This document shows positions 23,706 through 39,519 of a stretch of 64,000 bases of DNA, piece after piece. The translations under genes were made by a program, and so were the position numbers. Source of the DNA: Eledone cirrhosa (Eukaryota). The notes beneath the pieces are model-generated. The model made no database searches and was not told the origin of the DNA. It saw only the letters and a program-made list of their open reading frames with translations. The DNA is taken from NCBI GenBank assembly GCA_964016885.1, contig OZ024741.1, positions 54,994,001 through 55,058,000 on the forward strand, read 5' to 3'. The number at the start of each line of letters is the position of its first letter. Positions within the stretch are counted from its first letter, which is position 1.

Positions 23706-23846
23706 TAAAGTTTGTTTTATAAATGTTGACATAACCAAGAAAAGATACCTTAACGGTTCAAGTTTTTCTTGGATAAGAAAAACTTGAACCGTTAAGGTAT
23801 CTTTTCTCGGTTATGTTAAAATTTATAAAACAAACTTTGTATTTTT
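23700..23846. repeat. Fold-back palindrome, ~70-bp arms
   Basis: AAAAGATACCTTAACGGTTCAAGTTTTTCTT-(gga)-TAAGAAAAACTTGAACCGTTAAGGTATCTTTT, with pairing that extends outward. Confidence 0.9.
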
Positions 23847-24239
23847 TTGTATTCTAAAAAACGTAGCATTTCAAGCCACATTTTTCCACATAAAATAGAA
23901 GTAACATTCGAACACCAACCAGATGCGAGAAAAACCACAAACCCTCCATCTCAACCCTACTTTTGAAAAGCATAAGAACTGTGAAACCGGTAAAGGAAAC
24001 AAATAAATTTTCTTAAAAAGACTCCAGTTGCATTTTCGATTTCATCTTTTTTCCTTAGACTTTCACTAGTGTAGGACATCTCGTTTTTTTTTTCATTTAA
24101 TAAAAAACCTCATTTTCTGGTGGGTAGCTCTTACATGTGATGAACATCATATTGCTATATTTCCCATGCACCATTAACTCCATCATTTATACTGATTTGT
24201 CTTCCCATCAACGTATCCCCCATTGTTTTGCCCTTCTGA

Positions 24240-24258
24240 CTCTACTCCTCTCTCTCTT

Positions 24259-24346
<88 letters not shown>

Positions 24347-24644
24347 AGTCACCATCTCCTCTATTACTCTTTCTTACTCTCTCTCTCCTCTACCACATTT
24401 CTTTTTCTCTCTATCTCCTTCTCTTCTCTATTACTCTTTTTCTTTCCCTCTCCCCTTCCTCTCTCTCTCTCTCTCCACCTCTCCCTCTCTTTCTCTCTGT
24501 CTCTCTCTCTCTCTCTTATCCCCCATCCCTCTTTCTTCTATCTTTCTCTGTATCTCACCGTCTTCTCTGTTAATCTTTCTCTCTCTCCCTTCCATATCCT
24601 TATTTTCTCTCTCACTCTAAACTCTATAACTCCCTCTTTCTTTC

Positions 24645-24699
<55 letters not shown>

Positions 24700-25040
24700 C
24701 CCCGTCTACTCTATTATGCTTTCTCTCTTATCCCCCTTCCCAATTTTCCTTTTCTCTCTTTCTCTCACTATCTCCTCTGTTACCCTTTCTCTTTCTAAGG
24801 TTTTCCCATCTCTCTTGCATTCTCTCCTCCATTACACTTTGTCTCCCTACTATTACCATTTCTCTCTTTCTCATTGCCCATGTCCATCACCCTCTCTCAT
24901 CCTTTCTTATTTCACTCATCCTGTTACCACTTCTCTCTTTCTCCCTCTCCCTCTCCGTCTCTCATCCTTTCTTATATTACTATCTCACTCTCTTTCCCTC
25001 CCTCTCATCTCACTTTCTCTCTCTCTATCTCATCCTTTTT
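24240..25040. repeat. CT-rich low-complexity tract / (CT)n
   Basis: Direct reading. Confidence 0.9.
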
Positions 25041-25399
25041 CTCTTTATTGCATACACCCTCTGCCCTTTCTGCTTCACATGGAATGCTGCATTATTCGCT
25101 TCTTATCATCTTCTTGCCAGAAGTCTCTGCCAATCCAGGTTGACGTACAGTATCTAAACTTCTCACATTTTATTTATAAGAACACAGTTTATTGCTTTGC
25201 TAAATTGCAATCCCACTTTTTTCATCATATATATGCATTTGCATATATTCATGTATATTATATATATATATATATATATATACATATAGGTGTGTGTGAA
25301 TGTATGCAAATTCATATGTACGATGAAAAAAGCGGGATTGCAATATATTATTTATATGTATATATATATATATATCAATATATAAACACACACACACAC

Positions 25400-25471
<72 letters not shown>

Positions 25472-28103
25472 GTATAACATGAAATTCGGTTAATATTGTT
25501 TTAGGAACGCCAAGACAATGCATAATATATATTTACGGGTTTATACGGAACTAGAATAAAAGAATAAAACAGTTTACACTTTTACCTTGTATTTCATTAT
25601 ATTTCGGGGTTAATAATTCTTTTTCAAAGAAGAAGGTACATAGTATATGACGTTGGTTGTTCCGCTTGAAAAGGGTGTATTAAACGTTAAATATCATGTA
25701 ATACACAGTAAAAGTGTAAAGAATCCACATGCGCTATCATCTTAGATGAGCTAGTGAATTAAGAAAATAGTTATATATGTATAAATGTATAATATATATA
25801 TATATATGTGTTGTGTGTGTATGTTTATATATACATATATATATATAACCAACGATTAATATGGTTCGTTGATTACTCAATGAATACAATTTTACAATAG
25901 ATTAAAAGTACTCAACAGTGGTTTTCCTGGAGTTTTTTTATATTAACAGCAAGGCGAACTTTGATTGATTTTAATAATGATCTTTGGACTAGATCGGATA
26001 GAGAAAAGAATTTTGACATTACTATGGGTTCGTCTGATTCGGCGCAAGTTACGGATCTTGTGGGAATTTTTATCCTTAACATGATAAATAGAAAACTGCC
26101 GGAGATTACCGGAGGTTTATATGGAGACGACATACTATTTATTGTAGAAAAACATAATAATAGCGAATTAAATAGAGTAAAGAAAGTAATTATAGAATTT
26201 TTTTAAATTACGACCTGAAATTAGAAGTAAAAAATAATAATAAAATAGTTAATTTTTTAGATGTGACTCTTAATTTGAACTCTGGCCTTTATTATCATTT
26301 CCATAAACTCAATGAGAACTTAAATTATGTTAGTTTTTATTCTAATCATCCTAAAAGTGTTAAGAATGCAATAGTCAACAGTGTACAACAACGAATATCC
26401 AGGCTACCTGCTAATAGATCCATATTTAATAGTAAGGCTGTATATTATAATGAAGCGTTACATAAAGCTGGATATAACAATAATATTGAGTATATAGAAA
26501 AAATACTGAAAATAATATTAATTATAATCACACTAATCATAATAAAAATGAATATAAAAACAACTTGAGGAATAAATCGGGGGAAAAAAAAAAAAATAAA
26601 TAAATAAATAAATAAGGACTAGATATATAAGTTGGTATGCTCCGCCAGCATATTTAGCTATTAATACACCTGTAGCACACTTATTTTTTAAAGCCTTGGA
26701 TAAATGCTTCCCTAGGTCACATAAATATTATTCTATCTTCAATAGATACACAGTGAAACTTTCTTATTCAACAACTATGAATATTGCTCAAAATATAGCA
26801 AAAATAAATAGTAAATATCTTAATTTGAACCAACATATAATTAGCAATAATAACAATAATAATAACAATACTTTAGTTAATGGGAATAACAATAATAATA
26901 GTTTAAATACGAATAATAGTAGAACACCTGTAAATAATAATGTGAATAGTTTAAGGTCTGGAAATAACATTGAGAAGAAATGTAATTGTAGAAAGAAGTC
27001 CGAATGTCCTTTACAAAATAATTGGCTTGACAAGAATCTAGTATATAAATGTACCATTATACAAATAATAATATATATAACGACATTGGTGCCACTTCAT
27101 CTAAATTTAAGGAACGTTGGTATAATCATAGTCATTCTTTTAGTAAACCAGATAAGAAGTTTTCAACTTCACTTTCACAATTAATATGGTCCTTAAAGGA
27201 CAATAATATTAAATACTCCATCTCTTGGACCAAATTAAAGAATGCCAATTCCTATCAGAACGCAACTATTTCGCAAAATTGCAATCTTTGTAACTTCGAG
27301 ACTCTACAGATAATTACAAATTATGACAATTTAGTCAACAACAAAAAACGGATTATTCAGTACTTATCACCATAAAATTGGTAAAACTTTCCAGGCAATG
27401 TACAAGTTTCAAGAACATATTGACAATTAATAATTTAATATATATATATGCTCTTGCCTTATTGTGGTAATAATTTATTGATATTTATATGTATTAGAAT
27501 TATTTCATTAAGAGTCTCGTTATCCTATGTTTTGATTAGGACAGTTCAATATTTAACTAGACATCGTTTATGATGTTTGCATAAGATGATTTATGGTTTT
27601 CGAAATATCGCGGAATGTGTGAGTAGAGATATGTTATAAATGTTTGTATATGGTGAATAAGTTATCATCCTTTTGTTTACATTGTTCGGAAAAATTTCCT
27701 TTGTTTTTGACTAGCTTGCTAAATTATATTAGATATGAAACATGTAGATTAATAATATATAGACTATCATTAAAATGAAACGATATATCAAAATAAGTAA
27801 ATAAAGAAGTAAATATAACCTTTCATTAAATTAATGAAATAAAACTTTTGAGAGTTAATGTAACTGCAGTTTAATCCTAGAAATTAAATGAAAATTAAAG
27901 AATAGTAAAGATTTTATAAAGAGAATATCATAATTAAATAATTTGGGTAATAAATGATCTAAATATATTATATGTATTGATGGTGGTATTGCATGGTATT
28001 AGATTTTAATATACATTTAATAATTATTTAAATACGTTTTAAAGATAATTCTTTTAAAGTTGTAACAAAACATTTATAGAATATCTTACCTTAAAATTAA
28101 AAT

Positions 28104-28327
28104 AATTGTTTCTACTTTTGGCACAAGGCCAGTAATTACCCAGTGCATTACTGGTACTTTATTTTATCGACCCCGTAAGGATGAAAGGCAAAGTTAACCT
28201 CGGAGGGATTTGAACTCAGAAGGGAAAGGGCCGTAACTTCCATTCTGAGTTCAAATCCCGCCGAGGTTAACTTTGCCTTTCATCCTTACGGGGTCGATAA
28301 AATAAAGTACCAGTAATACACTGGGTA
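28104..28327. mobile_element. Fold-back SINE (two inverted partial copies) inserted in the Penelope 3' region
   Basis: Arms ~28136-28225 and ~28238-28328 are reverse complements. Flanking AAAATTAAAA(A)TAAT repeats suggest a TSD. Confidence 0.85.
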
Positions 28328-28905
28328 AAATTAAAAATAATAATCTATAATGAGGCAAATTAAATTATATAAATGTTTAATTAAACTCTATATGTGATTG
28401 CTATAGAAAATAATCCTTACCGATTAATTTTGATATAATATATAAGTATAATTAGCTAATGCATAATCAAATACTAAAGATATTCAATTGTTTATGTGAA
28501 TTTATTTGAAAACAACGCGTTTTTTCTCTATCCCCCTCTATTTGATGTTCCTTTATTTTTCTTTATTTTTCTTTACCCCCCCCCCCCCCCAGTTTCGTTT
28601 ACTTTCCCCACATCTTCCCTCTTTTGTCGTTATTCCTCTTTTCTTTTTTATATATTTCTTTCACTCATTCATCCTTTTATTTTTTATTCATTTATCTATT
28701 TATGTATGTATTTATTTATTTTTTCTTGCCTTTCCTTTACTTACACCCTCTCTCATATCTCTAATTTGCTCTACGTCCTTTTCTTCTTCTTTAAGTTTAT
28801 CATATTATTTGTGGTATATAAACATTGAGATTTCATGAAATAAATCACTGCCAATACTGGAATTGTATAATCAAGACCGTAGCGGTATGTCATATATCAA
28901 ATCAT

Positions 28906-28971
28906 ATATTTTATCTGATGAGGACGTACTGAAAAAAACAACACTATAACTTTGAAATATATATAATAAAT
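28906..28971 (+). ncRNA. Hammerhead motif with a decayed stem II
   Basis: ATTTTAT-CTGATGA-GGACGTACTG...-GAAA-TATATA-TA-ATAAA, same family as 3659-3724. Confidence 0.6.
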
Positions 28972-29234
28972 CATATATTTTGATTATGGGAATAACTTTC
29001 ATATGTTAATATTTTGAATAATACATATATATATATATACATACATATATATAAATACATATATACATATATATATATTTGTGTGTGTGTGTGTGTGTGT
29101 GCGTGTATGTCTGTGTGTGTGTGTGTGTCTAACATCATCATCATCATCATCGTTTAAAGTTCATTTTCCACGCTAACATGGATTATATACATACATATAT
29201 ACGGTAAGAGACACACACACATATAAATGTGTGC

Positions 29235-29586
29235 ATCTGAGTTTTTCGAATATTAATAACATTCGATTCGTTTGCAATTATGCAAACAAGCCTCATTTTT
29301 ATAGCCATGTCAGTAGAATTAACCCTTCATTCTTGCTCTTGTGTTGGGATGTAAACAGAACTGCAGAATGAACCCATATATTTACACTAGCTCTGACAGT
29401 TGACAGGTGAAGAGTGAGCTGTACTGATGAAGGGTAATACCCAGAAACATGTGTCTGCAGGTCTATTTACATGCCAACACAAGAGCAAGAATGAAGGGAT
29501 CATTCTACTGACATGGCTATAAAAATGAGACTTGTTTGCATAATTTCAAACGAATCGAATGTTATTAATATTCGAAAAACTCAGAT
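29235..29586. mobile_element. 352-bp non-coding fold-back element with ~130-bp inverted arms
   Basis: 29235-29367 is the reverse complement of 29454-29586, with a few mismatches. Confidence 0.88.
29419..29460 (+). ncRNA. Minimal type I hammerhead motif
   Basis: CTGTA-CTGATGA-aGGGT.aat.ACCCa-GAAA-CATGTG-TC-TGCAG. Confidence 0.75.
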
Positions 29587-29639
29587 TACATTTATTGTAT
29601 TCAGCCATGTGGAGCGAACATTTTCTTTTTTTATATATA

Positions 29640-29766
<127 letters not shown>

Positions 29767-30167
29767 TCTACCTATGGATACCTCTAAAAGAGAACCCAAT
29801 TTATGCGTAAATTTATTATTTTAATGAAGGAATTGTAGCTTCTAATTCCTTTATCGAAATCATCATCACGCTCCGTTTCTTTTCTTTTAAAATGGTGTGT
29901 GTGAACACCGAAATATTATATGCAGAAGCCTCATATATATATATTTATTGGTTGGTTTTCTAAAAAAGAACACTGTAACGGATACATTGAACTGATCGAT
30001 CATATAGAGTTCGTGTTCGGCCATGTCTAGCACTGGATTTCGAGCTGAAAGGTTTCTTTCCAAGTCAGAAAGCTGTTTTGTGGAAGACTAACAGTAGCCC
30101 TTGTATGCAAGTCACCCCTCTCAACAGCAGCGATGTCTCGCATCTGTGATATACCCCATGACCTCAA

Positions 30168-31490
<1,323 letters not shown>

Positions 31491-31794
31491 TAGCAATAAA
31501 ACAATAATTCCAGTTGTATTTATTTATTTCGTTAATAATTTCATTGTTTTTTTCCTTTCTTTTCTCTTCTTTATTACTTGTTAGTTATTTTCTTGTTTCT
31601 ATAGCTCTCCAAATATTTGTCTAATATTTAAATATATGTAAGTGACCAGACAGAAAGTAAATAGGGCTGCCATGTTTAAATATTTCTCCTTCAAATATAT
31701 TTAATATTTCTATTAGTCGCTACTGTTTCTTGAATAGTTATAATGAGTTTCACGTGTGCAGATTGAAGGGAAGAAGTCACTCATGAATATATAT

Positions 31795-32560
31795 ATATTG
31801 TTATACTTTGGGAGGGTCATGTTGCCAATAACAAACACACGCACCAGTTGGTTGGTTGGTTCCACAACCGGGTGGTTGTTCATATATTGTCAAAGTTCTT
31901 TCGTCACACATTCTGTGAGCTCATCAGTGACCGGGGATTCTTTTCTTTGTTTTGTGCCTCTCCTTTGTTCTGTCCTGCGCCATCTTGTTTTTGTGTGTGT
32001 TGTGTGCTTAGTTTGCGCATGTGTTACATCCGGGTGTCTGTGTGTGTTTTTATTTGTTTATTTATTTGTTGATTTACATGTTACTAGTTGGTTGTTTGTT
32101 CTATGTGTGTGTGGCTCAAACAGATGAAACTAAACCAAGAAACTTCAGAGAATAGAGATAAATATCCAGATAGGATTGATGGTATAAACATGGCTGATGT
32201 CTCATTAACGGACGAATTCTACAACAACAACACAAATATATACGGCAACACTTCAGTGGACTCTGATGAATTATCCATCCTACAACTACCACCTAAATAT
32301 GCCATATATAATAAGGTAAATATGATAAGATGCTTGTCAGAAATAGAAAAAGGCATTTACAAAATTACGTTGGAGACTCAAAAACAACAACAAAAACACA
32401 AACAAAAATAACAACACGAACAACACACGCACACACACACAGACACAAAACACACATGCCAACAACAACAGACACACAGACACAAACAACGATAACAACA
32501 ACAACACACACAACAATAATAACAACATACACAGAGACAACAACAATGATTAGGTGAGAC
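31795..32560 (+). mobile_element. Penelope-like fragment: inverted terminal-repeat sequence followed by an N-terminal ORF remnant
   Basis: DELSILQLPPKYAIY...EIEK..(frameshift)KLRW resembles the PLE N-terminus. 31795-32115 is homologous to 58415-58955. Confidence 0.6.
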
Positions 32561-33639
32561 TGAGGAGCTAAGGTATGTATATAGTAGCATTTGTGAGTGA
32601 ACTGACTTAACGTGGAAAATACTGGTATGTGAAGACTCGATTATATCGACACCAGTAAAATACTGGGGTCAGTATAGCCGACTTGCCCCTTCCTACAAAT
32701 TGCTGACGTTGTGACTTAATCAGAAATCATGTTCAATATGTCCTCATATGTGAAAAAGTGGATAGCACTGAATAGGCTACCTCAAATCAAAGCATAGAAG
32801 CAAATTCGAATACAAAATAATTAAACAGAAAAACTGGTAATAACTGGTAATAACTTCAAAATGCAAATTTTTACAGTACATACAAAAGTAATAATTCATT
32901 ATGACAGACAAAGGCTAGCAATTAGAGGAGGGGAATTTGATTACATGGACACAAATACATAACTGGACACAAATACATAACTGGTACTATATTTTAACGA
33001 CTCTGAAAGGATAAAAAGCAAATGACAAAAAACAAAGCTGACCTTTTGAAGATCGTAACTAAATATTGCAAAGTATTTTATCCGATGCTCAACCGATCCT
33101 GCCAATCCAGCTTCCCCATATACAAAAGCAGTAATAAGCACCACCCACACGCGTTCACTCATCAAATGCAAAAAAAAATGACAAAAAATCAGCTGTTTTA
33201 ATTTTGCTACCGCTGCCAGTAATATATAGCCAGTCTTTGATGTTTGCGATTTTAAAAACTAAATTAAAATAAAATAAAAGCAGTTTGGGTGGTTGTGAAA
33301 TATAGCTCGATGATGAGAACGACAGCCACGACAGTAACGATATTGATACCTACACACAGGCTCAATCATTGCCGAACAAGAAATGCATATACAGGAGATG
33401 GATTCAGTTAAGAATGAAAGTCTTATGACTGATGATGCTGTTGTTATTACTATGACAGCAACAACGTCTTGGGGACATTTTGCTCTGAAGAGCTAGCAAA
33501 ACAAAGGCGAAATAAAAATGGCGGCGAACAACATTTTTCTATCTCAACAGGAGCATCTCTTAGCAGCACCGTCCTTTCGACTTGTGATGAACAGTAAACA
33601 CGACAAACTACCAATAAACAAAACAGAGTAAACTCCTAA

Positions 33640-36600
33640 ACCACCAATACAAACACCACCAACACCACCAACACCACCAACACCACCAACATTACCAACA
33701 ACAACACTACCAACACTAACACCACCAACTCAAACACCACCAACACCACCACCAACAACACCACCAACAACACCACCAACACCAGTAACACCAACACAAC
33801 CGACATGAACACCACCAACAACAACTCCACCAACACAAACAACAAAAACACCACCAACATTACCAACACCAACACCACCAATACCGCCAACACCAACACC
33901 ACTAACACCACCAACACCAACGACACCACCAACACCACCAACACCACCAACACCAATACCACCAACACCACCAACACCACTAACACCAACACAAACAGCT
34001 CCAACACCACCAACACCACTAACACCAACACAAACACCACCAACACCACCAACACCACCAACACCAACACAAACACCACCAACACCACCAACACCACTAA
34101 CACCAACACAAACACCACCAACAACTCCAACACCACTAACACCAACACCAACACCACCAACACCACCAACACCACTAACACTAACACAAACACCACCAAC
34201 ACCACTAACACCAACACCAACACCACCAACACCACTAACACCAACACATACACCACCAACACCACCAACACCACTAACACCAACACCAACACCACCAACA
34301 CCACCAACACCACTAACACCAACACAAACACCACCAACACCACTAACACCAACACAAACACCACCAACAACTCCAACACCACTAACACCAACACCAACAC
34401 CACCAACACCACCAACACCACCAACACCAACACAAACACCACCAACACCACCAACACCACTAACACCAACACATACACCACCAACACCACCAACACCACT
34501 AACACCAACACCAACACCAATAACACCACCAACACCACTAACACCAACACCAACACCACCAACACCACTAACACCAACACATACACCACCAACACCACCA
34601 ACACCACTAACACCAACACCAACACCACCAACACCACCAACACCAACACCACCAACACAAACACCACCAACACCACTAACACCAACACATACACCACCAA
34701 CACCACCAACACCACTAACACCAACACCAACACCACCAACACCACCAACACCAACACCACCAACACAAACACCACCAACACCACCAACACCACTAACACC
34801 AACACAAACACCACCAAGACCACCAACACCACCAACACCAACACCACCAACACCACTAACACCAACACCAACACCACCAACACCACCAACACCACTAACA
34901 CCAACACCAACACCACCAACACCACTAACACCAACACATACACCACCAACACCACCAACACCACTAACACCACCAACACCACTAACACCAACACAAACAC
35001 CACCAGCACCACCAACACCAATAACACCAACACAAACACCACCAACACCACCAACACCAATAACACCAACACAAACACCACCAACACCACCAACACCACT
35101 AACACCAACACAAACACCACCAGCATCACCAACACCAATAACACCAACACCAACACCACCAACACCACCAACACCACTAACACCAACACAAACACCACCA
35201 ACACCACCAACATCACTAACACCAACACAAACACCACCAACACCAACACCACCAACACCACCAACACCTCCAACACCACCAACACCACTAACACCAACAC
35301 AAACACCACCAGCAATAACACCACTAATCTCACGAACACCACCGCTAACATCAACACCACCACCATTAACACCACCACCACCAACACCACCATCATCAAC
35401 ACCATCACCACCATCATCAACACCACCACCACCAACACTGCTACCAACACCACCATCATCAACACCACCACCAACATCACCATCATCAACACCACCACCA
35501 CCACCACCATCATCAACACCACCACCACCAACACCACCACCAACACCACCATCATCAACACCACCACCAACACCGCCACCATCAACACCACCGCCATCAA
35601 CACCACCACCAACGTCAGCAATGCCCCCAATACCAATAGTGACACACTCGACACCACCACCATCACATACAAAGCCACTAACAGGATGAACACCACCACC
35701 ACCAATACTACCACCAGCACCGCCACCATTACCAACACTACAACCTCCATCCCCAACATCAACACTAGCATACCTATCAACACCACCACCAACATCACGA
35801 CAACACCACCAGCAACAACACTACCACCAGCACCACCACCACCACCAACAACAGCACCACCACCACCACCACCACCACCAGTACTACTATCAGCACCACC
35901 ACACCAGTACTACCATCATCACCACCATCTACACAAACAACACCACCAACATCACGACAACACCACCAGCAACAACACTATCAACAGCACTACCACCACC
36001 ACCACCAGTACTACCACCACCACCAGTACTACCACCACCACCACCAGTACTACCATCACCACCACCACCACCAGTACTACCACCACCACCACCAGTACTA
36101 CCATCACCACCACCACCACCAGTACTACCACCACCACCACCACCACTACCACTACTACTACTACCATCACCACCACCACCACCAGTACTACCACCACCAC
36201 CACCAGTACTACCACCACCACCACCACCAGTACTACTACCACCACCACCAGTACTACCATCACCACCACCACCACCAGTACTACCATCACCACCACCACC
36301 ACCAGTACTACCATCAGCACCACCACCACCAGTACTACCATCAGCACCACCACCACCAGTACTACCACCACCACCACCACCACAAGTACTACCACCACCA
36401 CCAGTACTACTACCACCACCACCAGTACTACCATCATCACCACCATCTACACAAACAACACCACCAACATCACGACAACACCACCAGCAACAACACTATC
36501 AACAACACCACCACCACCACCACCACCAGTACTACCACCACCACCACCAGTACTACCATCAGCACCACCACCACCAGTACTACCACCACCACCACCACCA

Positions 36601-38400
36601 CCACCACCAACACCAGTACTACTATCAGCACCACCATCACCAATACTACCATCACCACCACCACCACCAGTACTACCATCAGCACCACCACCACCAGTAC
36701 TACTACCACCACCACCAGTACTACCACCACCACCACCACCAGTACTACCATCAGCACCACCACCACCAATACTACCACCACCACCACCACCACAAGTACT
36801 ACCACCATCACCACCACCACCACCACCACCACCACCACCACCACCAGTACTACTACCACCACCACCAGTACTACCATCAGCACCACCATCACCAATACTA
36901 CCATCATCACCACCACTACCAGTACTACCACCACCACCACCACCACCAGTACTACCACCACCACCACCACCACAAGTACTACCACTATCACCACCACCAC
37001 CACCAGTACTACCATCATCACCACCATCAACACCACCAACACCACCAACATCACGACAACACCACCAGCAACAACACTATCAACAGCACCACCACCACCA
37101 ATACTACCATCAGCACCTCTACCACCAATACTACCATCACCACCACCAATACTACCATCACCACCACCACCACCACCAGTACTATCATCATCACCACCAT
37201 CTACACAAACAACACCACCAACATCACGACAACACAACCAGCAACAACACTATCAACAGCACCACCACCAATACTACCATCACCACCACCACCACCAATA
37301 CTACCATCATCACCACCACCACCAATACTACCACCACCACCACCACCGCCACCACCAGTACTACCATCATCACCACCATCTACACAAACAACACCACCAA
37401 CATCACGACAACACAACCAGCAACAACACTATCAACAGCACCACCACCAATACTACCATCACCACCACCACCAATACTACCATCATCACCACCACCACCA
37501 ATACTACCACCACCACCACCACCAATACTACCATCATCACCACCATCTACACAAACAACACCACCAACACCAACGACAACACAACCAGCAACAACACTAT
37601 CAACAGCACCACCACCACCACCACCAATACTACCATCACCACCACCACCACCAATACTACCATCATCACCACCACCACCACCAATACTACCATCACCACC
37701 ACCACCACCACCACCAATACTACCATCATCACCACCATCTACACAAACAACACCACCAACATCACGACAACACAACCAGCAACAACACTATCAACAGTAC
37801 CACCACCAATACTACCATCACCACCACCACCACCAATACTACCATCATCACCACCACCACCAATACTACCACCACCACCACCAATACTACCATCATCACC
37901 ACCATCTACACAAACAACACCACCAACATCACGACAACACAACCAGCAACAACACTATCAACAGCACCACCACCAATACTACCATCACCACCACCACCAC
38001 CAATACTACCATCATCACCACCACCACCAATACTACCACCACCACCACCACCACCACCACCAATACTACCATCATCACCACCATCTACACAAACAACACC
38101 ACCAACATCACGACAACACAACCAGCAACAACACTATCAACAGCACCACCACCAATACTACCATCACCACCACCACCACCAATACTACCATCATCACCAC
38201 CACCACCAATACTACCACCACCACCACCACCACCACCACCACCAATACTACCATCATCACCACCATCTACACAAACAACACCACCAACATCACGACAACA
38301 CAACCAGCAACAACACTATCAACAGCACCACATCTACACAAACAACACTAACAACACCACGGACAGGAAATCCCACCAACATCAGCAACACCGCGCTGCA
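33640..38400. repeat. Complex ACC/AAC-based satellite (~4.7 kb) with higher-order ~170-180-bp units in its 3' part
   Basis: Direct reading. The marker ATCTACACAAACAACACCACCAACATCACGACAACAC recurs. Confidence 0.93.
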
Positions 38401-38719
38401 TGATTTCTTACAATATTGCTATGAACTGAAGTATCTTCTAGTTGTACTTCATATGTTCGTATTGACATTAAAATATATAAGTGAAAGTGTAAAAACTTTC
38501 TTGAAGTCATCAGCTGTTACTCAGGAATTAACCCACATCAGATCTATTTCCATTATCGAACTACACTACCGAGCAAGGCCGTGGTGTGTTGCGGGTTTTC
38601 ACATGTTACTTCTGTAACCTGTAACTCATTCTTTTTCATTATTTTAATATTACATACGTTCTCGTCCTCTCTCGCTCATTTTCTCTATCTGTCTCTCGCA
38701 CTAATTCATTCCCTCAGAC

Positions 38720-38850
<131 letters not shown>

Positions 38851-39390
38851 CATATAACCTACACATATATAAATTCATAAATATGTTGTATTTGTGTGTG
38901 CATGTGTAAGTGTTCGGGAGTTTGTGTCTGTGTGTGTCTGTATAGAAACAGATTTATATTGATATATGTATTCAAATATAGTAGATTTAAAGTTGACTGC
39001 TTTTCGATAATTTAAAATTTTCTTATTTATGGATGTAGATATATGTGTGTGTATGAATATATGGGTATATATATATAAATGGGTGTATATATATGTGTGT
39101 ATCTGTGTATGTATATGTAAACATATACATATGTATATATGTATATATGTATATATACACATACAAATACATATATTCAATATGAGTTAGTAACTCTGTA
39201 TTTTATTTGTATATTCATATATATAAAGTTAAATCTCTATATGTACAGAGTGTAACCGAGACTGCACCAACGTATACACTAAATGCATATATAGATATAT
39301 ATGTGTAAAAGTAAAGCCCCCCACCCCCTCCCAGCCTTCCGTTCACCAGTTTCCCATGCATACCGAAATCCCCTCTCCGCGTCACCTATG

Positions 39391-39436
<46 letters not shown>

Positions 39437-39519
39437 ATAATAATAAATTTGAAGACTAAAATCCAAAGAGGGCTCGATAAGGATAAATATATATCAAATA
39501 TATAAGAACCGTAGAGCAA

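Larger units (their letters stand above)
25850..29010 (+). mobile_element. Degraded Penelope-like element (RT C-half, GIY-YIG, long AT-rich 3' region)
   Basis: FDITMGSSDSAQVTDLVG, GLYGDD, NFLDVTLNL, SNHP, YNEALHKAGY, CNC..CPL and IGATSSKFKERWYNH. The 3' end resembles 3560-3770. Confidence 0.85.

Noticed and set aside
24137-25477. 446-aa Leu/Ser-rich ORF resembling a membrane protein
   Set aside because: It arises from a stop-poor CT-rich tract and (TA)n.
33480-33635. CTGAAGA...GAAA motif and AAAATGGCGG (YY1-like, short ORF)
   Set aside because: There is no convincing hammerhead stem I or III, the ORF is under 40 codons, and a single motif is not evidence of a promoter.
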